In this document: positions 17,789-27,083 of the stretch, in pieces
Numbering within the stretch: position 1 is the first letter of the stretch
How the letters are laid out: each line of letters opens with the position of its first letter
Assembly (NCBI GenBank): GCA_030647205.1
Contig: JAUSJO010000002.1
Location: forward strand, 113,112 to 177,111
Direction of reading: 5' to 3'
From: a bacterium
GTDB lineage: Bacteria > Patescibacteriota > CPR2 > UBA1875 > JAJYID01
Length of the DNA: 64,000 bases
Program-made: the position numbers and the translations under genes
The notes under the pieces: generated by a model
The model's database searches: none
What the model was told of the DNA's origin: nothing
The model's input: the letters and a program-made list of their open reading frames with translations, nothing else

Positions 17789-18799
17789 TCAAGATATTTT
17801 TTGCGGCTCTGAAAGTTTATCTTTTTTGCTTGCAATAGTATGATCCTGTTCTACCTCGAGATATATTTCTTTCACTTCGGGACAAACAGTTCTTATTTGA
17901 TGTTCCAGTTGATCAGTCAATAGGCCAATTTTTTTGATAACATGCTCGGTATACTGCTTCTGACTTTCTTTTAAATTTTGATCCATGTCTTCATAAACAA
18001 ACTCTTCCTTAAACTCTACATCCGAAACGACGACTACGTGATGAGGGCCAAATATAATGGTGCGAAGATCGTGATATTTCTCCACTGCCGGGTGGCTGAC
18101 AAAAATCGCTTCAACTTTCTTGTTTATTACTAAATGTGACTGGTCGGTCAGAAGCTCTTTATTTTTATTTACCAAGAAGATAGCTACAAAGCCAAGCAAA
18201 ATACCGATTACCACCGAAGCAATACCATCATACAAAGATGTGTGCAGTATATAAGATAATGTGACTCCAACTCCCGCAATAAGCAGACCCAAAACAGCGG
18301 CCATGTCCTCAAAGAAAACTGTAATGACGGCCGTTTCAGATGAGTCGTCAATGTATCTAAAAAGACTTGCCTTCCCTTTTGTTTTACGGAGGAATTTATA
18401 AGTAACAAGCAGTGTATATCCCTCGATCAAAATAGAAAGGACTATAACAAGCAAAGGCCACTGAATATGGGATATTTCTTCCGGATGAGTAATGGCATGA
18501 GCACCTCTTTGTATAGAAAGGACAGAACCAATGATCAAGATACCAAAGGCGGCTATCAAGCTCCAAAAGAAACGTTCTTTGCCAAAGCCGAACTGGTGTT
18601 CCTCGTCTGCGGGCCTTTCTGCTCGTTTTATCCCAAAAAGCAAAAAAAGCTGATTTGCAGTGTCGGCGACAGAGTGTAAACCTTCTGAAAACATAACTGC
18701 GGAGCCCGAAACGCCTGCAACAATAAATTTCAAAACCGCTACCATCAGGTTTCCGAAGAAGGCGAGAACTATTTGTTTTGTACTATGATCTTCCATCAA
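17789..18799 (-). CDS. Cation diffusion facilitator family transporter
   Basis: SEGLHSVADTANQ, H.FGFGKERFFWS, EDMAA. Confidence 0.92.
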   Translation of the reverse strand: MMEDHSTKQIVLAFFGNLMVAVLKFIVAGVSGSAVMFSEGLHSVADTANQLFLLFGIKRAERPADEEHQFGFGKERFFWSLIAAFGILIIGSVLSIQRGAHAITHPEEISHIQWPLLVIVLSILIEGYTLLVTYKFLRKTKGKASLFRYIDDSSETAVITVFFEDMAAVLGLLIAGVGVTLSYILHTSLYDGIASVVIGILLGFVAIFLVNKNKELLTDQSHLVINKKVEAIFVSHPAVEKYHDLRTIIFGPHHVVVVSDVEFKEEFVYEDMDQNLKESQKQYTEHVIKKIGLLTDQLEHQIRTVCPEVKEIYLEVEQDHTIASKKDKLSEPQKIS

Positions 18800-18900
18800 C
18801 TACTATTATAGACCATACGGTTAGTTTGACATAGTGGGGTTTGTGCTATATAACAGCATATAAAGTATAGGCTTGAGAGACATTTAAAGAGGAGACCACA

Positions 18901-19755
18901 ATGGCGGAACAAGAAAACCAGCCAATAGGCGAAGTTGCAGAAAATGAGGATATTGCCCAAACTGAACTTGCGAAATCAGCTGTTAATCTTACGGGTGAAC
19001 AGCCGAAAATAAGTGAAATCGATAAGAATGCAGCCAGAATTAGTGATCTGGTTGAAGAAGAGAATAGGATTAAAGCTGATACGAAAGTAGCAAAAGAGCA
19101 CCTCGCGGGAGATATGAGATCAATGAAAGAGGTGTCGATAGAAATTTCGGATGTTAGTGCGGAAGCGCTTATGATGAAGCAAGTTGTGGAGGAGTCACTT
19201 GAAAAACAAGGGCAAAATTCAGAGGATCAGCAAGAAGCTCTTGGAGTTCCAAACGAAGCAGGTGAAATAGAGGAACAGCAATCTGCAGTTTGGGGGGCAA
19301 AGCAACTACTCTTGGATATTCAACAAGGCGAAGAAGCGCTAAGGGAGGCCCGAGAGGAAGCAATGAATGAATGGATCCTATCGAGTATTGATTATTGTTT
19401 GAAGTGGGCACCGTGGAGAAAAGTTTTAGATAATTGCGAAAATCGCATCGACGCAGAGACTATGATCAAGAAAAAATTGGAACTTTATATCAGAAAAAAC
19501 ACAGGAGCATTTTTGGAGGGTGACTCTGAATACCTTCCGGGATGGGAAGGCCAAATGTCCACAAAAACAGTGGATACGCAAGAAGGTAAAAAAACGTGGG
19601 TTACAAAAATCGATTTTGTCCCCTATTCAGGGCCGTCCAGTGTTGAGGAAGAAGATCAGGGAGAAAATGAATCGTTCGGCAATAATACGGAAACAGGGAG
19701 TATCGAAGGTGTGGTTAATGGTGCCCAAGGTGAGGATATACCTGAAATAGCCTAG
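18901..19755 (+). CDS. Acidic hypothetical protein
   Basis: Long ORF with GAGGAG SD and upstream TTGACA. Confidence 0.7.
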   Translation: MAEQENQPIGEVAENEDIAQTELAKSAVNLTGEQPKISEIDKNAARISDLVEEENRIKADTKVAKEHLAGDMRSMKEVSIEISDVSAEALMMKQVVEESLEKQGQNSEDQQEALGVPNEAGEIEEQQSAVWGAKQLLLDIQQGEEALREAREEAMNEWILSSIDYCLKWAPWRKVLDNCENRIDAETMIKKKLELYIRKNTGAFLEGDSEYLPGWEGQMSTKTVDTQEGKKTWVTKIDFVPYSGPSSVEEEDQGENESFGNNTETGSIEGVVNGAQGEDIPEIA

Positions 19756-19896
19756 ACCTTAACCTGTACGTCTCTTCATGTGTGAGGTTTCTATTTGTGG
19801 TGATCTCTTGGACTTCATGTAAACCTATTTGGAGAAAGTTGACATGATAAATGATATGTCATAATATCTGATCATATCTAACTAAATGGAGGCAGG

Positions 19897-20670
19897 ATGT
19901 CTAAAAAAATTATTAAGCTAACCTTTGTATTTCTTGTAATTTGTATTTTTGTAAGTATGGCAGCAGTAGCTGTTAGAGCTGAAAATACTGAAGCACCAGA
20001 CGCTACAAACACTACCGAATTGAGCGGCGAGTCACAAAAGAAACAGGCAGAAAAACAAAGAGAGCAACTCAAAAAAGAGCAAGAAAAAGCCAAAGAAGAA
20101 AAGGTAAAGCTAAAAGAAAAACAGAAGAAGCTGGCAGAAGCCAAAAGAGAAGCGGCAAAGAAAATTGATGAAGTGATTAAAAAACTTCAAAAGATCAAAG
20201 AGAGAGTATCGAATATGCCGACTATCTCAAGTGATTTAAAAACACAACTAAACTCAAAAATTGATGATTGGGTAACTAAGCTTAATACTAGAAAAGCCGC
20301 AGTGAATGCCTCAACAACTAAAGAAGAACTAAAGGTGGCAATGGATGGGTTTAGGGCGGATGTTAAAGAAGCAAAGAGGGTTATCAAAGATATTGTGGAG
20401 TCTATCCACGAAACACATCTCCAGAAAGTTATTGCAAAGATAGAAGCCTTCATCCCTAAAGTTGAAGCAAAGGTAGCAGCTATTACTGACAACGCTAAAA
20501 AAACGGAGGCCACAGATCTTGTCAATGATGCGAAGGTTCAAATTACAAACGCAAAAACACTAAATGATGCTGGGAAAATAGAGGAAGCCAGAAAGGCGAT
20601 AAAAACTGCATATCGAGATCTTAAGAATGCATTAGAAATAGCAAATGAAAAGGAGGCTTCAGATGAATAG
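19897..20670 (+). CDS. Secreted coiled-coil hypothetical protein
   Basis: Signal peptide, K/E-rich heptads, GGAGG SD. Confidence 0.75.
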   Translation: MSKKIIKLTFVFLVICIFVSMAAVAVRAENTEAPDATNTTELSGESQKKQAEKQREQLKKEQEKAKEEKVKLKEKQKKLAEAKREAAKKIDEVIKKLQKIKERVSNMPTISSDLKTQLNSKIDDWVTKLNTRKAAVNASTTKEELKVAMDGFRADVKEAKRVIKDIVESIHETHLQKVIAKIEAFIPKVEAKVAAITDNAKKTEATDLVNDAKVQITNAKTLNDAGKIEEARKAIKTAYRDLKNALEIANEKEASDE

Positions 20671-20944
20671 GGAAATTCAAATGACTCATACACTTAAAAT
20701 GTTGCTTGCAGTACTTACAACAGTTGTTATTTTGGGTGGTGGAGTCTTGGGCTGGGTCTACTACAATGATAGTTTGGCCACAAAACAAGCATCTAACACA
20801 GGAACTGTTTCGGTTAAAAAGGCAAGTGCAAGCCAGATTGAGCTAAATACTATCCAAGGCGAAATCCAGAAATCTGACGACATAGACATTTCAGACCTTG
20901 ATAATACCTCTGACCTGGACAAGATAGACCTAAGCGGAATTTAA
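20663..20944 (+). CDS. Small single-TM hypothetical protein
   Basis: AAGGAGG SD before ATG 20663; TM plus acidic tail. Confidence 0.7.
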   Translation: MNREIQMTHTLKMLLAVLTTVVILGGGVLGWVYYNDSLATKQASNTGTVSVKKASASQIELNTIQGEIQKSDDIDISDLDNTSDLDKIDLSGI

Positions 20945-20955
20945 TCATCGCTAGA

Positions 20956-21522
20956 TCAGTCTTGTTTCATGTGGGCGATTTTTGCTCTTGCGGTTTTTGG
21001 GGTCTTAGCCATGGCAGCTATCTTTTTGCCGGCTTTGACCGAACTTGACCGAACTGTTATTTTATCTTTTTCGATTTTGATAATATCGTTGGCAGTTATT
21101 ATCAGATCTTGAGCAAGCATCTTAATCAAACTCGAAGAAACTACATAGAGTCTCTCTAACCGCATTCTTTTTAAGTCTATGCTCCAGTCACGAACTTTTC
21201 CCAGATGTCTTCCATCTTCATCTACAACCTTTGAGCCTGCAATCTCAATGTCTTTGTCGAGAACTTCTTTAATCCGTATTATTTCATCGGGAAGCGAAGC
21301 CGAGTCTATACTTCTGATCATAATAAAGTTTGTGCCCACTCCGGCTATATCCGAAGTATTTGCAATCATTATCTTGTTTTTGGCGTTAGAAACTTGAAAG
21401 GATATGCCAATGGCATCCCCGTTTTCGGGATTTATAATGACATCTTGCAGTGATCCCAAGATTGTGCGTTCTTCTCTTGTGATGATTGCAGTGCGTCCAA
21501 ACTCTGAAGCTAGTTTTTGCAT
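20956..21522 (-). CDS. PRC-barrel domain protein (two barrels)
   Basis: G.LQDVIINPENG and KVVDEDGRHLGKVRDW repeats. Confidence 0.82.
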   Translation of the reverse strand: MQKLASEFGRTAIITREERTILGSLQDVIINPENGDAIGISFQVSNAKNKIMIANTSDIAGVGTNFIMIRSIDSASLPDEIIRIKEVLDKDIEIAGSKVVDEDGRHLGKVRDWSIDLKRMRLERLYVVSSSLIKMLAQDLIITANDIIKIEKDKITVRSSSVKAGKKIAAMAKTPKTARAKIAHMKQD

Positions 21523-21588
21523 TTGACTTTTACCTTATTGTGCGCTATAATTTTATAGCAAAATTGAATTAATAACTAACATTCTATT

Positions 21589-21640
21589 TTTGCTCTTTAC
21601 TCTAGTAGAGAGCCCCGAAAGGGTCCGTGGAAAGGAATTT
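21589..21640 (+). promoter_or_regulatory. Possible S6:S18 ribosomal protein leader
   Basis: Structured 5' region (CTCT/AGAG and CCC GAAA GGG hairpins) just before rpsF; inferred from position. Confidence 0.35.
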
Positions 21641-21645
21641 TTTTA

Positions 21646-22140
21646 ATGAAAAAATACGAAATCGTCTATATTATACACCCAGATCTTGAAGGAAGTACGG
21701 CTAAAATTACAGAGAAGGTCAAGGCTTCACTGGAAAAATCCGGTGGAAAAGTGTTAAATGAAGAGAGTTGGGGAAAGAAAAAGCTAGCCTATGAAATAGG
21801 AAAAAATGCTTTTGGTATCTATGAATTCCTGCTCGTAGAGATGGAACCGGCTTCTGTTAAAGAAATAGAGCGAACTCTTCGTTTATCAGAAGAGGTTGTA
21901 AGATCACTGGTTTCTCATGCTGAAGAAATAGTTGAGTCAAAAAGAGAGCCGAAAAAGGCCGTGAAAAAAACTGAGACAAAACCTAAAGAAGCAACCGTGA
22001 AAGAAGGAAAAGAAACGGTTAAAGAGGAAGTCAAGGAAACTAAAAAAACAAAAGCCGAAAAAGAAAAAGAAGAGAAGGAAAGACAAAAAGAATTGGACGA
22101 AAAATTACAAGCAATAATAGGACCTGACACAGAGTCCTAA
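21646..22140 (+). CDS. rpsF: 30S ribosomal protein S6 with long K/E-rich tail
   Basis: KYEIVYIIHP, WGKKKLAYEI; rpsF-ssb-rpsR synteny. Confidence 0.95.
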   Translation: MKKYEIVYIIHPDLEGSTAKITEKVKASLEKSGGKVLNEESWGKKKLAYEIGKNAFGIYEFLLVEMEPASVKEIERTLRLSEEVVRSLVSHAEEIVESKREPKKAVKKTETKPKEATVKEGKETVKEEVKETKKTKAEKEKEEKERQKELDEKLQAIIGPDTES

Positions 22141-22154
22141 AAAAGGAGAGAGCC

Positions 22155-22613
22155 ATGCAAAATGTAAACTTGGCAATTGTAATGGGAAACTTAACACGTG
22201 ATCCGGAACTCCGGTACACACCAAACGGCCAACCGGTAACTTCGTTTGGAGTCGCAACAAACCGTTCATGGAAGGATGCAAACGGCGACAAAAAAGATGA
22301 AGTAGAGTTCCATGAAGTAGTTGTTTGGGGCAAACTGGCAGAACTTTGCAGCCAGTACCTGACAAAAGGCAGAAAAGTGCATGTTATGGGACGGCTTCAA
22401 ACCAGAAGTTGGGAAGGTCAAGACGGAGCAAAGAGACAAAAAACTGAGATCGTGGCGCAAGATATCGCCTTTGTTGACTCCAGAAGAGATGGCGGAGATT
22501 TCCCGTCCGATGACTCAGATGTAAAAGCCCCGGCAAAGAAAAACGATAAAGCAAAACCAAAAAAGGAAGATAAAGAGGAAGAGGAGATAAACATCGATGA
22601 CATACCGTTCTAA
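22155..22613 (+). CDS. ssb: Single-stranded DNA-binding protein
   Basis: GNLTRDPELRYT, C-terminal DDIPF. Confidence 0.98.
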   Translation: MQNVNLAIVMGNLTRDPELRYTPNGQPVTSFGVATNRSWKDANGDKKDEVEFHEVVVWGKLAELCSQYLTKGRKVHVMGRLQTRSWEGQDGAKRQKTEIVAQDIAFVDSRRDGGDFPSDDSDVKAPAKKNDKAKPKKEDKEEEEINIDDIPF

Positions 22614-22839
22614 AGAAAAACCAGCAATGTATGTACCAAGAAAAGGATGCAGATTTTGCATTGATAAAGATTTGACCATTGACTACAAAGACGTCAAAGG
22701 GCTCCAAAAGTTCATATCAAACTACGGGAGAATTGAGTCCAGGAAGAGAACCGGCAACTGTGTGAAACATCAGCGAAAAGTAGCGCTTGCGATAAAAAGA
22801 GCTCGAATTTTGGCACTACTTCCATACGTTAACAAGTAA
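22597..22839 (+). CDS. rpsR: 30S ribosomal protein S18
   Basis: CRFC, IDYKD, HQRKVALAIKRARILALLPY. Confidence 0.97.
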   Translation: MTYRSKEKPAMYVPRKGCRFCIDKDLTIDYKDVKGLQKFISNYGRIESRKRTGNCVKHQRKVALAIKRARILALLPYVNK

Positions 22840-22848
22840 GGTTTCCAT

Positions 22849-23409
22849 ATGTATGATATCTCGGATCTAAAAGTCGGCACTGTTTTTGAATATGAAAAAG
22901 AACCATATGTAGTGGTTGAATCACAGCATACAAAAATGGGCCGTGGTGGAGCAATCCTTCGAGTTAAAATAAAGAATCTTGTTTCTGGGGCTACGCTGGG
23001 GACGACTTTCAGAAGCAGTGATAAGTTCTCTCCAGTAAATATTGAGAGAAAAAAAGCTCAGTTTTTATATTCTGAAGGGGCAAACTACTTCTTTATGGAT
23101 CAGACTTCTTATGAGCAACTTTCTTTGGGAAGCGAGTTTGTTGGTACTGCAAATAATTATCTGCTTGAAGGAGAGGTTTACCAGTTGCAGGTTTATGATG
23201 GAAGGCCAATAAGCATTGATTTACCCATCAAAATGGAATTTCTTGTGACTGAGGCTGAAAAAGGGCTAAAAGGAGATACCGCATCTGCTGCAACCAAGCC
23301 TATAAAAATTGAAACAGGACTATCTGTAAATGTTCCTCTATTTATAAAGAATGGCGATAAGATCCGAGTTGATACCCGTGATGGCTCTTATGTAGAAAGA
23401 GCAAAGTAG
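22849..23409 (+). CDS. efp: Elongation factor P
   Basis: KMGRGGA loop, KGDTA, ETGL.V.VPLFI, VDTRDG.Y.ER. Confidence 0.96.
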   Translation: MYDISDLKVGTVFEYEKEPYVVVESQHTKMGRGGAILRVKIKNLVSGATLGTTFRSSDKFSPVNIERKKAQFLYSEGANYFFMDQTSYEQLSLGSEFVGTANNYLLEGEVYQLQVYDGRPISIDLPIKMEFLVTEAEKGLKGDTASAATKPIKIETGLSVNVPLFIKNGDKIRVDTRDGSYVERAK

Positions 23410-23500
23410 CCTTTTTCTCATCATCCTGGTCATTCGACTCTGAGTTGAGCTCATCGCTCAGGCTCAAAGAGCGGAGGCGGAAATCCAGTTCTTTAAATAA

Positions 23501-23707
23501 TTTCCACTTTTTTAGAAAAAGTGGAGTAAAAATCGCGGCTTAGACGGCATCTTAAAGTGTTGGACTTCAATTTGCTTCAGGTTTGAAAAACCGGACTCCT
23601 TCCAGTCGGCCTAAAGGCTAATCGGTCTTTTCAAATCCTCATCAAATTTCATCCTCGCTTTTCGATCCGATAGCCGCAAAAGACTTCCTTTGAAAAAATC
23701 ATGCCGG
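23501..23707 (+). repeat. Dispersed structured repeat, copy 2
   Basis: Near-identical to copy 1; preceded by a GTCATT... degenerate REP at 23429-23488. Confidence 0.92.
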
Positions 23708-23760
23708 ACGGGAGAGTGTTGTAGGTAGCAATTTACTACTAAATTGGTTAGTATCAAGTT

Positions 23761-24516
23761 ATGAAGAAACGGATCGACATTTTATTAACAGAAAAGGGAT
23801 TAGCCGAGAGTCGGACGAAGGCCCAGGCTTTTTTAATGAGTGGCCAGGTTGAGGTCGATGGGAGAAAAATAGACAAAGCCGGAACACTTGTTGATGATGA
23901 CTCCGAGATCAAGATCAAAGAAAGATTTCCATATGTTTCACGAGGAGCGCTAAAAATCCAAAAGGCTTATCAAGAATTTGGACTAGACTTTAAAGATATG
24001 GTGATTTGCGATATTGGTTCTTCAACAGGAGGATTCACTGATTTTGCACTTCAAAATGGGGCGAAGAAAGTTTTCGCCATCGATGTTGGCTACGGTCAGC
24101 TTGATCAAAAGCTTCGTGAAGATTCTCGGGTAGTTGTGATGGAAAAAACGAATTTTCGAGACATTGATGAGTTACCCGAGAAAATTGACCTCTTTGTCTG
24201 TGACGTATCTTTTATTTCACTTAAAAAAATTATCCTAAAAATTAAAGAGATTGTAGATTATAAAACACAGTGTGTTTTGCTTATAAAGCCTCAGTTTGAG
24301 GTGGGCAAAGAGGTCGCCGATAAATGCAAAGGTGTCATAAAAGACGAGGAAGTTCAGCGAGGAGTTGTAGAGGAGATTGCCAGATTCGCTGAAGACAATG
24401 GATTTCAGGTAAAGGGACTGACGGAGTCACCGATTACCGGTGCAAAGGGGAATAAAGAGTTTCTGATTTGGCTAACCCTCTCTTGTCATTCTGAACTTGA
24501 TTCAGAATCCAGATAA
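23761..24516 (+). CDS. tlyA: TlyA family rRNA 2'-O-methyltransferase
   Basis: S4 domain, YVSRGALK, DIGSSTGGFTD, DVSFISL, LIKPQFE, GNKEFL. Confidence 0.95.
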   Translation: MKKRIDILLTEKGLAESRTKAQAFLMSGQVEVDGRKIDKAGTLVDDDSEIKIKERFPYVSRGALKIQKAYQEFGLDFKDMVICDIGSSTGGFTDFALQNGAKKVFAIDVGYGQLDQKLREDSRVVVMEKTNFRDIDELPEKIDLFVCDVSFISLKKIILKIKEIVDYKTQCVLLIKPQFEVGKEVADKCKGVIKDEEVQRGVVEEIARFAEDNGFQVKGLTESPITGAKGNKEFLIWLTLSCHSELDSESR

Positions 24517-24837
24517 ATAAATTCCATGAATTCATATTATGTTTACATCACTGCGAGCCAAAGAAATGGAACGCTATATACCGGCGTAACCAATAACTTA
24601 ATGAAAAGAATCTATGAGCATAAAAACGCCAAGCCCGAAACCTTTACAGGTAAATACCTTACTAACAGATTGGTTTATTTTGAGGAAACAGCCAGTATTG
24701 AAGAAGCAATCAAAAGAGAAAAACAGATAAAAAACTGGAAGCGTAAATGGAAATTAGATTTGATTGAGGAAAATAATCCAGAATGGGAAGATCTTTATGA
24801 TAAGTTCCTGGATTCTGAATCAAGTTCAGAATGACAA
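24483..24837 (+). mobile_element. REP-flanked GIY-YIG element 2
   Basis: Perfect 30-bp inverted repeats TTGTCATTCTGAACTTGATTCAGAATCCAG at 24483-512 and 24808-37; partial extra copy at 24903-18. Confidence 0.82.
24526..24834 (+). CDS. GIY-YIG nuclease (UPF0213/SLX1-like)
   Basis: YYVY..RNGTLYTGVT..EH, REKQIKNWKRKWK; paralog of 16663..16950. Confidence 0.92.
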   Translation: MNSYYVYITASQRNGTLYTGVTNNLMKRIYEHKNAKPETFTGKYLTNRLVYFEETASIEEAIKREKQIKNWKRKWKLDLIEENNPEWEDLYDKFLDSESSSE

Positions 24838-24921
24838 AACTAGTGAGAAAATGATTTTCTTTAGTGCTATCTCTGAACTGATCGAGGGAGATCTTATTTT
24901 ATGAGTTCAGAATGACAAGGG

Positions 24922-26010
24922 TTAAACATTAAACTTAAAAATCATCACATCGCCGTTTTGGACGGTGTAATCTTTGCCTTCCAGCCGAACCTTTCCTGCT
25001 GACTTTGCGCCGGTCCAGCCATTGCCAGTAACCAAATCTTTCCACGAAACGGTTTCGGCTTTGATAAACCCCTTTTCGAAATCCGTATGTATGACGCCGG
25101 CAGCTTGGGGCGCTTTGTCTCCGATGTGGATAGTCCATGCCTTGATCTCTTTTTCTCCGGCAGTGAAATAAGTTTGAAGGCCTAAAAGTTCAAAACCTTT
25201 CTTGATCAGCTGATTGAGCCCGGTTTCTGTCTGTCCGAGTTCTGCCAAATATTCCTTCTTCTCTTCATTTGACAGCTCATTTAGCTCTGACTCTATTTTC
25301 GCTGATATAAGAACATAGTCTGAAGACTTAATGTTGTAACTCTCGATAGTTTTTTCCAGCTCTGATTTATTAGACAGATGTTCTTCATCAATATTAAAAA
25401 TATAAATGTGTGGTTTTAGTGTAAGTAAGCTTAGATCTTTAATTTGCTCCGTTTCCTTTTCAGTTAGTCCCAGCTCTCTTGCCGCTTTTCCTTCTTCCAT
25501 TTCTTTCTGAATTTTTTGGACTAAGTCCAGGTCTGCTTTCAACTTAGGATTGCCCTTTGCGTCTTTTGTAAGTTTAGCTACCCTTTTTCCTACCGTTTCC
25601 AGGTCTGCAAGTATGAGTTCCATTTTGATGATGTCTATATCGGAAACAGGATTTAAGTCGCCGGAAACGTGAGTAACATTTTTATCAGTAAAAACCCGTA
25701 CTACTTCAGCTATAGCATCGCACTCGCGGATATTGGCCAAGAATTTATTGCCTAGTCCTTCCCCGCAGCTAGCGCCTTTCACTATCCCCGCGATGTCAAT
25801 AAACTCTACAATTGCCGGGACTATTTTTTGTGTTGGGATGACCTCAGCTAGCTTTTGTAAACGTTCATCAGGAACCTCCACGACACCGACATTTGGGTCG
25901 ATAGTGCAAAAAGGGTAATTCGAAGCTTCTGCCTTGTTTCTTGTTAAAGCATTAAAAAGCGTACTTTTGCCGACATTCGGCAGTCCAACTATTCCGATGG
26001 ATAATCCCAT
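24922..26010 (-). CDS. ychF: Redox-regulated ATPase YchF
   Basis: [34 protein letters not shown] domain. Confidence 0.98.
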   Translation of the reverse strand: MGLSIGIVGLPNVGKSTLFNALTRNKAEASNYPFCTIDPNVGVVEVPDERLQKLAEVIPTQKIVPAIVEFIDIAGIVKGASCGEGLGNKFLANIRECDAIAEVVRVFTDKNVTHVSGDLNPVSDIDIIKMELILADLETVGKRVAKLTKDAKGNPKLKADLDLVQKIQKEMEEGKAARELGLTEKETEQIKDLSLLTLKPHIYIFNIDEEHLSNKSELEKTIESYNIKSSDYVLISAKIESELNELSNEEKKEYLAELGQTETGLNQLIKKGFELLGLQTYFTAGEKEIKAWTIHIGDKAPQAAGVIHTDFEKGFIKAETVSWKDLVTGNGWTGAKSAGKVRLEGKDYTVQNGDVMIFKFNV

Positions 26011-26254
26011 ATCTTTTCCTTTATTAACTCACATATTTTAGCACAAACCGGTCTAATTATGAATATAATACTGGCACTAAGCAAAAAAACTATTGCTAAA
26101 TTATTTCTTATGTTATATAATAACCAGCATGGAGGGATACCCAGAAGTATTGGGTGAACCTTTTTTAATGCAAAGATGTTAGTTTCCTTTATAACCGTCC
26201 ATTGGGCGTGAAGACAACCGTAAATCAGTCAAGTCAGTCAAGGAGGAAAAGGAA

Positions 26255-26902
26255 ATGAAGAAGATCTTAGTGTGTTTCATGTTAGTGTTTGTGGCGCTGC
26301 TGGTTATCGTACCGGTAGCGTGGTCAGTATCTGTCCATGATTCGGTTTATGATCCGCCGGTGGATCCTTGCGCGGGAAAGTCTCTCGCTGCAAGCTTGAG
26401 TTCCACATCAGGACCGGCTCCGGCCACCCTGACCGTGACAGCCACTATGGGTGGGGGTACATTCATTCCCCCGGCGGTTTTCATCGATGGAACGCAGGAC
26501 ACCGGCGTTATGTGGGATGATCCGGCGGCAGAGACCATGCATGCGCAGATCACAATCCCAGCAGGTGCTTCAGTCGGAGTACATACGGTGAATCTTGAGG
26601 CCTCTGACATGGACTCCTCCTGTACGTACACTGCACCATTGACTTATGAGGTGACCGGCAGTGCGGCAGTAGTGACAGATCCGGTTACGCAACCGATATC
26701 TACTCCAGAAACCGGAGCGGCAGCAACTGTCTACTCGGCTTCAGCACCTGCTGCAACTACTGTTGCTATGGCACCTGGTGGTGGCGTAAAGACTATGCCC
26801 AATACGGGCGCGGAAATGATTCCGCTAGGTCTTCTCGGCAGTGGAATCAGCGGTCTCGGCATAGGCTTACGTTGTTTAGCAGGAAGGCGTAAGCAGCATT
26901 GA
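26255..26902 (+). CDS. Secreted surface protein with LPXTG-like (MPNTG) sorting signal
   Basis: Signal peptide, Ig-like core, T/A/P linker, then MPNTG + hydrophobic stretch + RRK. Confidence 0.75.
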   Translation: MKKILVCFMLVFVALLVIVPVAWSVSVHDSVYDPPVDPCAGKSLAASLSSTSGPAPATLTVTATMGGGTFIPPAVFIDGTQDTGVMWDDPAAETMHAQITIPAGASVGVHTVNLEASDMDSSCTYTAPLTYEVTGSAAVVTDPVTQPISTPETGAAATVYSASAPAATTVAMAPGGGVKTMPNTGAEMIPLGLLGSGISGLGIGLRCLAGRRKQH

Positions 26903-26921
26903 GCCAGTAACAATGGCACTT

Positions 26922-26965
26922 AAGTGCGGGAGCTCCCCTTGGGAGCACCCGCACTTTTTCTTTTT
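26922..26965 (+). terminator. Intrinsic terminator
   Basis: AAGTGCGGGAGCTCCC/GGGAGCACCCGCACTT stem followed by T-tract. Confidence 0.85.
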
Positions 26966-27083
26966 CAGGGAAGGATTTTTAGAAAAATTTATTTCTTTAA
27001 TTTAAATAAAAAAACTTGACACCTATTCCTCTTTTGCTGTTAAATTGATTTTAGGAAAATAGGTTTTATAAAAAGGAGGGAAA

